A stretch of 64,000 bases of DNA from Octopus sinensis (GCF_006345805.1 NC_043001.1:99262001-99326000), one strand, 5' to 3'; positions 25,555-37,459 are shown, counted from the stretch's first letter. Program-made: numbers and translations. Notes: generated from the sequence alone by a model not told the origin.

Positions 25555-25810
25555 ATCATCATCATCATCATCATTTAATGTCTGTTTTCCATGCTGGCAA
25601 GGTTTGAATTCTGACTGAAAACTGGCAAGCTGGGGAGCTACACCAAGTTCCAATCTGATTTGGCATGGTTTCTACAGCCGGATACCCTTCCTAATTCCAA
25701 CCACTCCAAGAGTGTTGTGGGTGCTTTTTCTGTTCCACTGGCACAGATGCCATTTACAAAACACTGGCATCAGCCATGACTACGATCTAACTTGGCTTGA
25801 CAGGTCTTCC
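25555..25810 (-). mobile_element. RTE-type 3' tail fragment ending in (GAT)n
   Basis: Matches the 28370-28528 tail. Other copies at ~30200-30460, 50015-50165 and 53110-53370. Confidence 0.75.
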
Positions 25811-25827
25811 CATATATATATATATAT

Positions 25828-26126
25828 ATTGTGAAGTATATTTGCCACCTAAATGTGGCTAACCCTTAAGGGTGGATGCTACTGTAGCTTGTAGCCCCTG
25901 GAGGACATCTCCTCCAGCTGGCTATTGACACACTTTCTGTGCCCTATGAGTATTTGCAAAGGGAAGCCATCTTTCCCATTTTCAACCTGACATGATATAG
26001 CCGGACTCTCGAGTTTCTGGGTATCTGCTACAGTAGCATCCACCCTTAAGGTTTAACCACATTTAAGTGGCAAATATACTTCACGATGTTGTGCAGCTAC
26101 TGTTTATACCTCGCTCAGAGATTTAT
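25828..26126 (+). mobile_element. Inverted-repeat element; structured-motif family member 2
   Basis: 25828-25888 is the reverse complement of 26027-26087. The left arm extends the motif to ~25985 and the right arm has the same 3' extension as member 1. Confidence 0.75.
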
Positions 26127-26174
26127 TATATATACATACATATACACACACACACATATATATGTATATATTGC

Positions 26175-28528
26175 TTTAATGTTGGTGAAAAGAAAGAGGC
26201 TTGGAGAAGCCATTATGAAAGACTGCTGAATGTGGAGAATGAATGGGAGGAGGAGAGCCTGCCAAATGTGGACCCAGTAGAGGGACCAGCTATCCAAATA
26301 GACAGCTCCCTTGTAGTTAAGGCAATTAAGGGTATGAAACCAGGTAAAGCCCCCGGCCCATCAGGAATCACTGCTGAGATGCTTAAAACAGCTGGTTATG
26401 TGGGCTATGGCCTAGTCACCCGCATTGTAAACCAGGTAGTTCATAATGGAGTCATACCCAATGACTAGCATAGCAGCACTATAGTCAACTGCTACAAGGG
26501 TAAGGGTGATGCTCTAGATAGAAATAACTACAGGGGTATTAAACTGTTGGATCAGGTGATGAAGGTCACAGAGAGGGTCATAACCCATCTCATTAGGGAG
26601 AGAATTTGCTTAGATGAGATGCAGTTTGGTTTTGTGCCGGGTAGAAGCACCACTGATGCTATATTCCTAGTCCGACAACTGCAGGAGAAGTACCTAGCTA
26701 AAGATAAACCCCTCTACATAGCTTTTGTGGACTTGGAGAAAGCCTTTGACAGGGTCCCCCAATCCCTTATCTGGTGGTCGATGCGGAAACTGGAGATTGA
26801 CGAATGGCTAATAAGGGCTGTACAGGCCCTATACAGAGAGGCTGTCAGCAAGGTTAGGATTGGCAACGAATATAGTGAAGAATTCCGGGTAGAAGTAGGT
26901 GTACACCAAGGCTCAGTCCTCAGTCCCCTTTTATTCATCATAGTCCTCTAGGCAATAACAGAGGAATTCAAAACAGGTTGCCCCTGGGAGCTCCTCTATG
27001 CTGATGACCTGGCCCTCATAGCAGAATCACTACCGGAACTAGAAAAGAAATTTCGGGCGTGGAAGCAAGGGTTAGAATCAAAGGGCCTTAGAGTAAATGT
27101 AGCAAAGACCAAAGTTATAGTAAGCAGAAAGGCGAACTCAGCACACACCCCATTGGGCAGGTGGCCCTGCTTGATCTGTAGGAAAGGCATAGGTAGAAAC
27201 TCCATAAGATGCACCCAGTGTAAGCTATGGACGCATAAGAGGTGCAGCAACATCAAAGGGAAATTAACTGATAAGATAGCTTTCATGTGCGGCAGATGCA
27301 GAGGGACAATAGACACCACAAATACTCAGAAAACAGATTCCATCACACTCCAGGGGGAGAAACTAGAAGTAGTTGATAGTTTCCGCTACCTGGGTGACCA
27401 AGTTAGTAGTGGAGGTGGATGCTCAGAGAGTGTCACCACTAGAATACGAATAGCCTGGGCAAAGTTTAGAAAGCTCCTACTCCTACTGGCGACAAAGGTT
27501 CTCTCACTCAGAGTGAAAGGTAGATTGTATGATGCATGTGTGCGAACTGCCATGCTTCACGGTAGTGAAACATGGGCCGTGACTGCAGAGGACATGCATA
27601 GACTTGAAAGAAATGAAGCTAGCATGATCCGCTGGATGTGTAATGTCAGTGTGCACGCACGACAGAGTGTAAGCACCCTGAGAAAAATGCTGGATATAAG
27701 AAGCATCAGATGTGGTGTGCAAGAGCGACGCTTGCGATGGTATGGTCATGTACTGCAGATGGATGAGGAGAGATGTGTGAAGAAGTGCCGCTCCCAAACA
27801 GTTGAAGGAATCAGGGGGAGAGGTAGACCCAGGAAGACATGGGAATTAGGTAGTCAAGCATGACCTCAGAGCGTTGGGCCTCACTGAGGCAATGGCGAAG
27901 GACTGAGTTCTCTGGAGATATGCTGTGACTGCAAAGACCCGGGCTGCTTCCTGTACCAGTTCTGCATAGCTCCTGCCCATTCAAAGTACCTTGGATTCCA
28001 GAAAATCCTGCTGTGCTTGAGGAGACCTGTTGAGTCAAGTACATGAACATCGAAATAAATATCAATGGAAATAGTAGTTGTGATACCTGTGCCGGTAGCA
28101 CATAAAAAGCACCATCCGAACGTGGCCGTTGCCAGCACCGCCTTGACTGGCTTCTGTGCCGGTGGCACATAAAAAGCACCATCCGAACATGGCCGATGCC
28201 AGCGCCGCCTCGACTGGCTTCTGTGCTGGTGGCACATAAAAAGCACCATCCAAACGTGGCCGATGCCAGCGCCGCCTTGGCTGGCTTCCGTGCCGGTGGC
28301 ACATTAAACGCACCAACCGATCGTGGCTGATGCCAGACTCCCCTGGCACGTAAAAAGCACCCACTACACTCGCGGAGTGGTTAGCATTAGGAAGGGCATC
28401 CAGCTGTAGAAACACTGCCAGATCAGACTGGGGCCTGGTGCAGCCCCTGGCTTCCCAGACCCCGTCGAACCGTCCAACCCGTGCTAGCATGGAAAACAGA
28501 CGTTAAACGATGATGATGATGATGATGA
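26175..28528 (+). mobile_element. 5'-truncated RTE-clade LINE: RT, PHD-like finger, 3' UTR with 67-bp repeats and (GAT)n tail
   Basis: KAPGPSGI, QFGFVPGRSTTDAIF, FVDLEKAFDRVP, GVHQGSVLSPLLF, LLYADDL, FRYLG, RRLRWYGHV and RGRGRPRKTW motifs. In-frame stops at 26466 and 26949, frameshift near 27845. Confidence 0.95.
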
Positions 28529-28545
28529 ACATACATATATATGTG

Positions 28546-28619
<74 letters not shown>

Positions 28620-28775
28620 CATCCGAACGTGGCTGTTGCCAGCACCGCCTTGACTGGCTTCTGTGCTAGTGGCACATAAAAAGCACCATCCGAACATGGC
28701 CGATGCCAGCACCGCCTCGACTGGCTTATGTGCTGGTGGCACATAAAAAGCACCATCCAAACGTGGCCGATGCCA
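28089..28775 (+). repeat. 67-bp tandem repeat in the RTE 3' UTR (starts 28089, 28156, 28223, 28290) plus a displaced 155-bp copy at 28621-28775
   Basis: Unit GTGCCGGTGGCACATAAAAAGCACCATCCGAACGTGGCCGATGCCAGCGCCGCCTCGACTGGCTTCT. Confidence 0.9.
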
Positions 28776-28956
28776 GGCGCAGGAGTGGCTGTGTGGTAAG
28801 TAGCTTGCTAACCAACCACATGGTTCCAGGTTCAGTCCCACTGCGTGGCATCTTGGGCAAGTGTCTTCTGCTATAGCCCCGGGCCGACCAATGCCTTGTG
28901 AGTGGATTTGGCAGACGGGAACTGAAAGAAGCCTGTCGTATATATGTATATATATG

Positions 28957-28989
<33 letters not shown>

Positions 28990-29205
28990 ATGTGTTTGTG
29001 TCTGTTTGTCTCCCTAGCATTGCCTGACAACCAATGCTGGTGTGTTTACATCCCCGTCACTTAGCGGTTTGGCAAAAGAGACCGATAGAATAAGTACTTG
29101 GCTTACAAAGAATAAGTCCCGGGGTCGATTTGCTCGACTAAAGGTGGTGCTCCAGCATGGCCGCAGTCAAATGACTGAAACAAGTAAAAGAGTAAAGAGT
29201 AAGAG
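28776..29205 (+). mobile_element. Full-length tRNA-SINE (OK/OR-like)
   Basis: TGGCTGTGTGG A box, GGTTCAGTCCC B box, CTTGGGCAAG core, internal TA/TG tract and (GTAAAAGA)n tail. Further fragments at ~5050-5265, 32770-32890, 42770-42845, 49210-49355 and 57565-57690. Confidence 0.92.
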
Positions 29206-29233
29206 TATACATACACATATATATATACATATA

Positions 29234-29855
29234 CTAGCAGCTAAGCCTGGTTTTATCCGGTATGTTTGGATAATGTGGCTGTAAAACCTGTTCTGTGTAA
29301 GCAGTCAACTTGTTTGGGCATGCTTACATTAGAAAACAATTTTAGAATGACTTTTTTCTGTCAAAATGCTAAAAATAACAGACCAATAAAAAAAAAACCA
29401 AGATTTAATCAAATCAAAAAATAAACCCAAATACTAAGCAAACAAAGATGAACCATCCCACTTCCATTGCATGTGCACACACAAACACACACACACACAT
29501 ACACACACTCACGCACATACACACACACACACATTCACATACCTCCCTTTTACATACACATACATATATTCACACAGAGTTGAAATGCTGTTTGGTTTAT
29601 TTTTTTCAGCATACAATTTTCATCATCCCACTACCAAGTATGACAACACCCCTTCCTTTCTCATTCATAAACACAAGAGTATTATTATAGTAGATTATCT
29701 CGGTAACCATGGGAGCTATGAAAAAATACAAAGCCCAGCATCACCACCGGATCATTCTACACATCTGTGTAATTTTTCGTGCAATTCCACCCAGCCATTT
29801 GACTGTGAATCACAAGACAAGAAAGGATCGCCCCTGTCAAATTTATATGGATAGA
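29234..29855 (-). mobile_element. Non-autonomous Helitron
   Basis: Minus strand A|TCTATCCATATAAA 5' end, CCGGATAAAACCAGG hairpin and CTAG|T 3' end. Confidence 0.7.
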
Positions 29856-29861
29856 TATACA

Positions 29862-30062
29862 CGAGAGGGTGCTGAAAAGTTCCTGGCTTTAAGGGTATCA
29901 TGAAAAACCTGGTTGGAGGCCCAGCTTTCCAGGTTCTTTTTTACATGACTTAAAAAAAATGGAAGGACTACTGCAATAAGTGTTTGAATCTGAGAGGAGA
30001 ATACGTTGAATAAAACCTGTATTTTCTTTTACCCAAAGCCAGAAACTTTTCAGCACTCCCTG
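29862..30062. mobile_element. Mariner-type MITE
   Basis: TIRs CGAGAGGGTGCTGAAAAGTTCCTGGCTTT and AAAGCCAGAAACTTTTCAGCACTCCCTG followed by TA. Confidence 0.8.
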
Positions 30063-31589
30063 TATATGTGTGTGTGCATGTATGTATATATATATGTCTG
30101 TATGCATGTAAGTGCAGATTTGTGTGTATGTGTGTGTGTGCATGTGCGTGTGTGTGTATGTGTGCGCATATGCACATGTGTGTTACTGTCTTCAAAATCT
30201 TGGCATCACATGATAGTTGCAAATGAGTGTTGCAATCATGCTAATGGTGTCCTTTGTTTCTAATCTTCCAAGGCATGTCTGGTCATGAGGCAATATTACT
30301 TTACTTGGAAACAGGTGAGAGTTAGCAGCAGGAAGAGCATCTACCTGTAAAAAAATGCATCGCAACAAATTCCATCCCAGCCATGCGAGCATGGAGAAAT
30401 GGATGTTAAACTGCGATCTTGATAATGACGACGATGACAATGATGATGATGATGATGGCGGTGGTGGTGGTTGTGGTGGTAATGGTGATGATGATGCTCT
30501 TTAAACATGGACTAAATGTGTGATGGATTTTTCTTAATCCTTAAATTATATTTTCAAAATAAAATATCCGTAGCACTCCAATATATCCCTCGATACATAC
30601 TAGTGTGTTGTGAGGTACTCCTTGAAAAGCACTGACATAGTGTTCCCCTAGTACACTCTTTTCATGTTGATTGTATTATCATTGTTAACAATTAATTAAC
30701 TATTAATTCCGCTTGAACAGAGCTATAGAATGTAGGTAGCTAATAAAATAATACTTTGGTACTAACCACATATCCAACACTGCAAAAAATATAGACATGT
30801 GTATTAGTTGAGTCTAATATCAACATTAGTCATTTCCTCTTTATTTAGGTGTAAATCAGGTGGTTGACCCCATTTTAAAGACAATAAAGAAGTTTTTTGA
30901 GGGAATATTATCTGCCTACATAAAATAGTGGTCTAATACTTAAATAGTAAGAAGTTCTACTGTCGTAATGTTTATTTCTTTATTTGCCAGAAGGACAATA
31001 AGACAATATTAGAATATGGTGCAGTACAATATATATTAAACAAATAAGCATAGAAGTGGTGAGTTGCATAAACATATACATGCATACATATCTGTATGCA
31101 CACACACATACTCATACATACACACATACATACATAAAATATATGAAGAGAATGACCTAGTGGTTAAGGTGTTAGGGTTGTGGAATTGAGCTCATATAAG
31201 GTTGTAAGTTCAATTCCAGGACCTGGTGATGCGTTGTGTTTTTGAGCAAGGTACTTCATTTCACATTGTTCTGCTGCAATGAGTATTAACTAAGTATTGG
31301 TGCAGGCCTCTCTCTCTCTCTCTCTCCCCAGCAGATCACAGAACAGCCATGGCAGATCTTTGATCTGTTCAACCTAGCCATAGCTATTTAGAACTAGATT
31401 ATCCATTTTATAACTTTTTCATAACGATGTGCATTGTTTGAAGGATATTTGACTGCTTCTCCCTATTGCAAAAGTTTTACTAATTAATTACATTTTTCTG
31501 CCATACAACATTAACTGACTTAGTTTTCAGGGGATAGTCTCATCGTATAATTTCTCCCATTTATAATTCTTCTGCTCCAGTCTGTCCAG

Positions 31590-32580
31590 GTTGTGAGCAA
31601 AAAGTATGTGAAGTTCTCATTTTGGACCTGTTGACTGCAGATGACGCTGTACTTGCAATACATTCTGAATAGCAACTGCAATGCCTTATGGACAGCTTCT
31701 GAAGAGCCTGTCAAGACTTCAGCTTAGCCATAAGCTTGAAGAATTTTGAAGTGTAGGACAAATGCATTGAGTACCTTGCTATTGTTATTGCTGACAATTA
31801 GGAGCTGGAGGTAGTCTACAAATCCACATATGTTGGATCCACCAACATACTAGTCCCTCCTTAGAGTCTGAGATCAGCAGATTGGAAGAGTATCCTCAAC
31901 TCTTGTTATGTTGACAAAGAGGATCTGGGAGAACAGTAAGCTAATGACGCACACCTAGATTGCACTCTATAGAGCCTGTGTTCTTCATGCAATACCTTAT
32001 AGCAGCAAAATATTGAGCCTCTACTCCACACAAGAGCATTGTCTTGATGCCTTCCACCATTGTACCCTAAGATGTATCTTGGCTATCAAGTGACAGACCA
32101 GGTCATAAAAAGTGAGATTCTAGTCTATTGTCTGATACCCAGTGTTTTCATCCAGTTCCAACGACAATTTCTTAACTGGCTGGGCCTCATGCACCATGTT
32201 TCAGATGAAAGGATCCAGGGAGACCTACTATATGAGGAATTGGACTCCAGCAAGAGATCATAAGGAGGACTTCATCTTTGTTTCAAACGTGTCTGCAAGA
32301 AAGACATGAAATCACTGTACATGAATGTTGACAGGTGAGGAGACATTGAAATTAATCACACATGGTGGAGGATGGAACTAGGGGTTCAAAAAGAGTAGAG
32401 AATAAGCTAAGACTTGCTGCTGAAGAAAAAGCATACTAAATGAAAAAGTGTCATCAAAATGACATTGGCAGGCAGTGCATTGAAATGCATCCACTGCAGT
32501 TGGGACCTCATTCCTATGTAGGTCTCTACAACCACAGCAGATAATTGCTCTGTCAGCAAAACCAAAACCCAACTTTCCAG
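31590..32580 (+). pseudogene. Old RTE (BovB-like) LINE 3' relic
   Basis: ADDA-like RT motif at ~31637, TYVGS, WLGL.HHVSDERI..DLLYEELDSSKR and FKRVCKKDMK. Confidence 0.75.
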
Positions 32581-32906
32581 GTGCTGATTATTAACTAGCA
32601 CCCAGCATTGGCCAGGTGTTGATTACAAAACACTGGCATTGGCCACAACTGCAATCTCACTTGGCTTGATAGGTCTTCTCAAGCATGGTATATTACCAAA
32701 GGTCTTGGTCACTTGTCACTGCCTGCATGAGGCCTAAAGTTCGAAGGGTGCTTATATATATATATATATATATATACAACAGGCTTCTTTCTGTTTTGGT
32801 CTAGCAAATTCACTCACAAGGCTTTGGTGTCCGAAGCTATAGCAGAAGACACCTGCACAAGGTGTCACACAGTGGGACTGAACCTGGATATATATATATA
32901 TATATA

Positions 32907-33420
32907 TAAAATTATTATTATAATTATTGAGTTTGAAAACACAATTTATTAATTAATTAACATATTCACCAACAATTGTTTCATTTCTAAACCAAAATTA
33001 AAACTACAAAATATATATAAATATAGAATTTTGCATTTTTAAAATACCTTGGATGGAAAATCATCAGAGTACACAAAGGACAGTACAAGGATTACATTAT
33101 GATCCATTGGGATATTCAGAATATATATATATAGTCCTGTTTATTATATGTATTTGTGCACCCTGATGATTTTCTATCCAAGGTATTTTAAAATGCAAAA
33201 TTATATATGTTTTATAGTTTTAATTTTGGTTGAAAAATGAAACAATTGTAAGTGAATATGTTAATTAATTAATAAATTAATTTGCATTCATTAAATCTCT
33301 TTGTTTTCAAACTCGATAATAATATTTCATATTCTACGATATTTTATAAAATATATTCACTGAAGAAATATCTCTTCAAAATTCAATATATTAAATCAGT
33401 GTATCTTGGATAAAAATATC
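32907..33420. mobile_element. Inverted pair of Penelope-type pseudo-LTRs, each with a hammerhead-like motif
   Basis: Arms ~32925-33078 and ~33153-33325. Plus strand CTGATGA 33163, GAAA-CAATTG-TA 33239-33250. Minus strand copy TCATCAG 33061, CAATTG-TTTC 32973-32982. Confidence 0.7.
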
Positions 33421-33464
33421 CCTATAAGAGGTTTAAATATCCTCATTGTGACTATATATATATA

Positions 33465-34145
33465 TCATCATCATTTAATGTCTGTTGTCCATGCTGGCAT
33501 GGGTTGGACGGTTTGACTGGGCTAGCATGCTGGAAAGTTGTAGCAGACTCCAGTCTGATTTGGCATGGTTTTCTACAGCTGGATGCCCTTCCTAATGCCA
33601 ACCACTCCGAGAGTGTAACGGGTGCTTTTACATGCCATTTGCATGACACCAGCATATGGGTGCCAATTGCATACGTGCCACCGGTATGGGTGCCAATTTG
33701 CATGAAGCCAGTATCTGTCACGATTATGATTTTGCTTGGCTTGATGGGTCTTCTCAAGCACAACATAGTGACAAAGGTCTTGGTCAGTGCCTCCATGGGG
33801 CCCAACACTTGAAAGGAACTCAGCCACTTTGCCTCTATGAGGCCCAAAGCTTGAAAGGTACTCAGCCACCTTGCCTCTGTCAGGCCCAACACGAGAGGAA
33901 CTCAGCCACTTAACCTCCGTGAGGTCCAACATTCAAAAGATGTTCTTTACAGGCCACCTGCATGGGTGCACTTGGCTTGATAGGTCCTCTCAAGCACAGC
34001 ATATTGCCAAAGGTCTGTCGCCAGTTATTGCCTCTGTGAAGCTCAAAGATCGAAGATCATGCTTCACCACCTTGTCCCATTTCTTCCTGGGTCTACCTCT
34101 ACCATAGGCTCCCTCCGCAGAGATCAGCACTTCTTTTATACAGCT
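33465..34145 (-). mobile_element. RTE LINE 3' fragment with ~39-bp internal tandem repeats and (GAT)n tail
   Basis: GRGRPRKKWDKVVKHDL at ~34055-34105 and the same tail as 28370-28528. Confidence 0.8.
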
Positions 34146-34380
34146 ATATATATATATTCTTTTCTACTCTAGGCACAAGGCCTGAAATTTTTGCGGGTGG
34201 GGAGGGAGCCAGTCGATTAGATCGACCCCAGTACGCAACTGCTACTTAATTTATCGACTTCCAAAGGATGATAGGCAAAGTCGACCTCAGAGGAATTTGA
34301 ACTCAGAATATAAAGACAGACGAAATACTGTGAAGCATTTCGTCAGGCAAGTTAACGTTTCTGCCAGCTGGCCGCCTTTA
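34145..34380 (-). mobile_element. Meta-domain-like tRNA-SINE
   Basis: Reverse complement of the 21895 family head and core. Older copies at ~9720-9850, 13225-13360 and 37010-37150. Confidence 0.8.
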
Positions 34381-34772
34381 GATAGATAGATATTGATAAT
34401 TATATGTACGTATGCGTGTGAGCGTGTGTACAAATATGTATACACACTTATTCCTATTATTTTGTAATTCAAATCTCTACTGAACTTTAAAAAATATCTT
34501 TTGGCACACTTTTGACGCCTACACATAATTCTTTGAAGCGGGAACAATGACGATAAGGGAAAAAATGTATTGATGTGCTAAAAACAGAACCTATAATTTC
34601 TATGTAACAAATATTACTATTATTTCAAATGAATTTTAGAAACACCGCAGAAACTTCTGTTTAAAGAGACAACTATATAGAATACTTCATTTTTGTTTCT
34701 GGTTTGCAAAATTCTTGATGTGAAATCGGCGTCAAGCTTTCCATCTACCATTGTATGATACAGTAAATGTTG

Positions 34773-34900
34773 ACTTACGTAATCCATTCAAATCTCCCAC
34801 AGAGAAAAGCCTCTCTGACAGTTGCATGATGCTAGCTTTATGACGTCACTGGTTTCCACCTTAGATTCAACAGTTCATTACCCCCATACAAACGAAGTTA
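34773..34900 (-). other. Candidate first exon and splice donor of a leftward transcript
   Basis: GGATTAC|GTAAGT donor (ACTTAC at 34773-34778) with TGACGTCA at 34841-34848. Confidence 0.3.
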
Positions 34901-36130
34901 AAATGAAAGATTGCATATATATATATATATATATATTGTCAGTTTTAACGAGCAGAAGAAATGTTCTCAATACAATAGTATAGTTATAAGGATGCGCACA
35001 CGTGCACTCATTCTTGGCTAGGAAGAAGAAGGAAAGAAAGAATTAGGGGGGACACGCTTCTGATAATCTCAAATACATACAAGCTTGCTTGTTCTCTCTC
35101 TCTCTCTCTTACATAGACGTGTGTGTAAAATATATACACAGCCACACATAGACGTAGGCAAATTATTCTCCACCGATTTCGACGATGAGTATTCCAGTTG
35201 TTTGCTCAGCTGAACTAATTGCTCATAGTATGTGGCTGAATACGCCACTGACACTTGTACCTATAATTCTCGTGCAGTATGAAGCGTGACAAAGGCTGGG
35301 CGTCTGAATTACATGTATAGTCCATCTGACACCGCGAGGAGTGTAAAAAGGTGGGGACGAAGATGTTGACACTCTTAGGTGCAAGTGTGAAGAAGCGTAA
35401 CATTTCTTCTTGTAAATCAATTACATTTTAGTTTTAGGTTTCTGAGAACCCTTGTTACGTCACTGTTACTCAGTTTCCGTCCACGCAACTTCACTGGCTG
35501 GAGTCAGTCCATGGCTATATATATATACAATATATCGCCCTTAATATCATCAAGATCGCATATCGAACTTCTTAACTACCCAGTCATATCAGTGTCCGTC
35601 ACGCTCACACACTAATTATAGTAAACACTATATTCCACTTTATTATAACTTGTATTTTCTACCGCCTTTCTTGTCCGGCGTGGTCAGTCATCTTCCTCTG
35701 TTAGATTCCCTCCATTTCCCCTTCTATATCTATCTCTCAGTTTTTTTAATAATTTCGTTTTCAGCGCCTCGCTTTCTATTTTCTCCCTCCCTATCTTCCT
35801 CTACTTTTTCTTTCTTTCATTGACTGTCTGTCTCCCTCCGCTTTTTCTTTTTTTTTTCATCTTCTTTTTTCCTTGCCACCTTCCTGCTCTATTTTTATAG
35901 TTTCTTTTTCTTTTCTTTCAACCCTGTGTCTCTTTTCCTCCCTCTATTTTCCCTATTACTCTTTCTTCTCTCTCCCTTCCTCTCCTTCGCCGTTGTCCCC
36001 CCCCTCCGTCTCCTTATTCTGTCTATATCTTCCTCCTTCGCTTTTGTTTTCTTTTTTTCTCTGACACCGTGTTTTTCTTTCTACCTCTCTTCTAACTCTA
36101 CGTGACGTCATCGCACAACAGACGGATCAG
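34840..36130. promoter_or_regulatory. CpG-retaining putative (bidirectional) promoter with CRE/ATF sites
   Basis: TGACGTCA at 34841 and 36103, TTACGTCA at 35455, a long pyrimidine tract at ~35690-36100, and visibly more CpG than flanking non-repeat DNA. Confidence 0.5.
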
Positions 36131-36829
36131 TAAACGCTCTGCAATATTCGTTTACCGCTTGTCTTCTCCCTTCCAAGTTATTTCCGTGTCTATCATTCTT
36201 CCAGCCGTACAAATATATTTTAAATACATAGTATCTAACGATACCATTATTTTTAGTTCGTTAATTCAATATATATATATAAATATGGATTAGAGTGCAT
36301 AATATTCCTTCTTTCTATTTTTACCTTGCTGATTCTGTTATTGTTAATTTAACTTTATCCATTATTAACAACTAAATTTTCCTCCCCATCTTTCTCTGTC
36401 TATCTATCTTTATTAACTGAAATAAAGAAGGAAAAAATAGAGAAATATACATACATATATCTACTGGACATACACCAAACATCAGTCTTAATTTTCTCCA
36501 CCTGTTTTATTGTTTTTACGGTTTGAAAACAATAACTCAGAACGAGAGAGGAGCGAAAGAATAAGAAAAAAAAGAAAAATAATAATAATATTGATAATAA
36601 ACAGGACAAGAAAAGAAAGGAAAACTTTTAACAGAAACTGCCACTTTTATTATTTATACAGCGACGCGACTCGAACGTTTTTTTTAAAGATTTATATACA
36701 TTTACTGGTTTAAACTCGAGTTTTAAAAGATTTTACTAAATTTATATCAGTTTTTTTTTTCTGTGAACGAGAGGAAAGTTTGACAAAAGCCGACAACTAT
36801 TTGTCATTATTGCACAATTAAGTCTTCAT

Positions 36830-36838
36830 ATGCCAGAG
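36830..36838 (+). CDS. Candidate first coding micro-segment (Met-Pro-Glu) ending a long 5' exon; gene unidentified
   Basis: ATGCCAGAG|GTAAGT consensus donor at 36839, downstream of the CRE and CpG region and ~700 nt of repeat-free UTR-like sequence. No downstream exon identified. Confidence 0.4.
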
Positions 36839-37243
36839 GTAAGTGTTTAAAAAATATCCACTTTTTTTTTTTGTTTATTAAATATGTATTTCCTTTACTA
36901 TTGACTTTCAAGGCTTTGTTGGATGTTACTATGCTCAAAAATCAACCCTTATTTTTTCCTATTATCCATAATTATAAATTCCATTCATATTTATAAAAAA
37001 TACCATTTCAGAGCTGGTATTTTATTTTATCGACTTCCTACGCTTGAGAAAAAAAGTTGGCTTCGGCGGGATTTGAACTCAGCGTGTTCAAAAGGCCGTA
37101 ACAAGTAACGGTCGCATGGCATTTTCTTTGATGCTCTAATCAATTTGCTAGCAAACACGTTCAGAGGTATTCTAGCTGTAACCATCCCATTTTTTAATGT
37201 TCGTTCTTTCTATGCACAGGGTACCCATACTTATATTATCCAG

Positions 37244-37337
37244 GCAGAGGTAAAGAATATGCACACTACCCCCGTTTTCGGCGTAACCCTAACCCTAAAC
37301 ACCGAAAACGAGTGGTCTGCGTATTCTTTACCTTCGT
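37244..37337. mobile_element. ~90-bp MITE with internal (TAACCC)2
   Basis: TIR AGGTAAAGAATA(T/C)GCA, inner TTTTCGG..CCGAAAA. Oppositely oriented copy at 45120-45200. Confidence 0.7.
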
Positions 37338-37459
37338 CGATTATCCAATTAGTCTCACCCTTTTTAAATAGACGGATAGGTTATGTATGATTTAAGTGGG
37401 ATTTAGCTTCTCTCTTGAACAGGCAAAGTAACCAGGTGTATGGGTTCTCTCCTTTTGTT

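Noticed and set aside
28089-28360. Second CRISPR-like or coding repeat (ORFs 27811-28490)
   Set aside because: Tandem 67-bp units in a LINE 3' UTR; the unit is not a multiple of 3 and there are no spacers.
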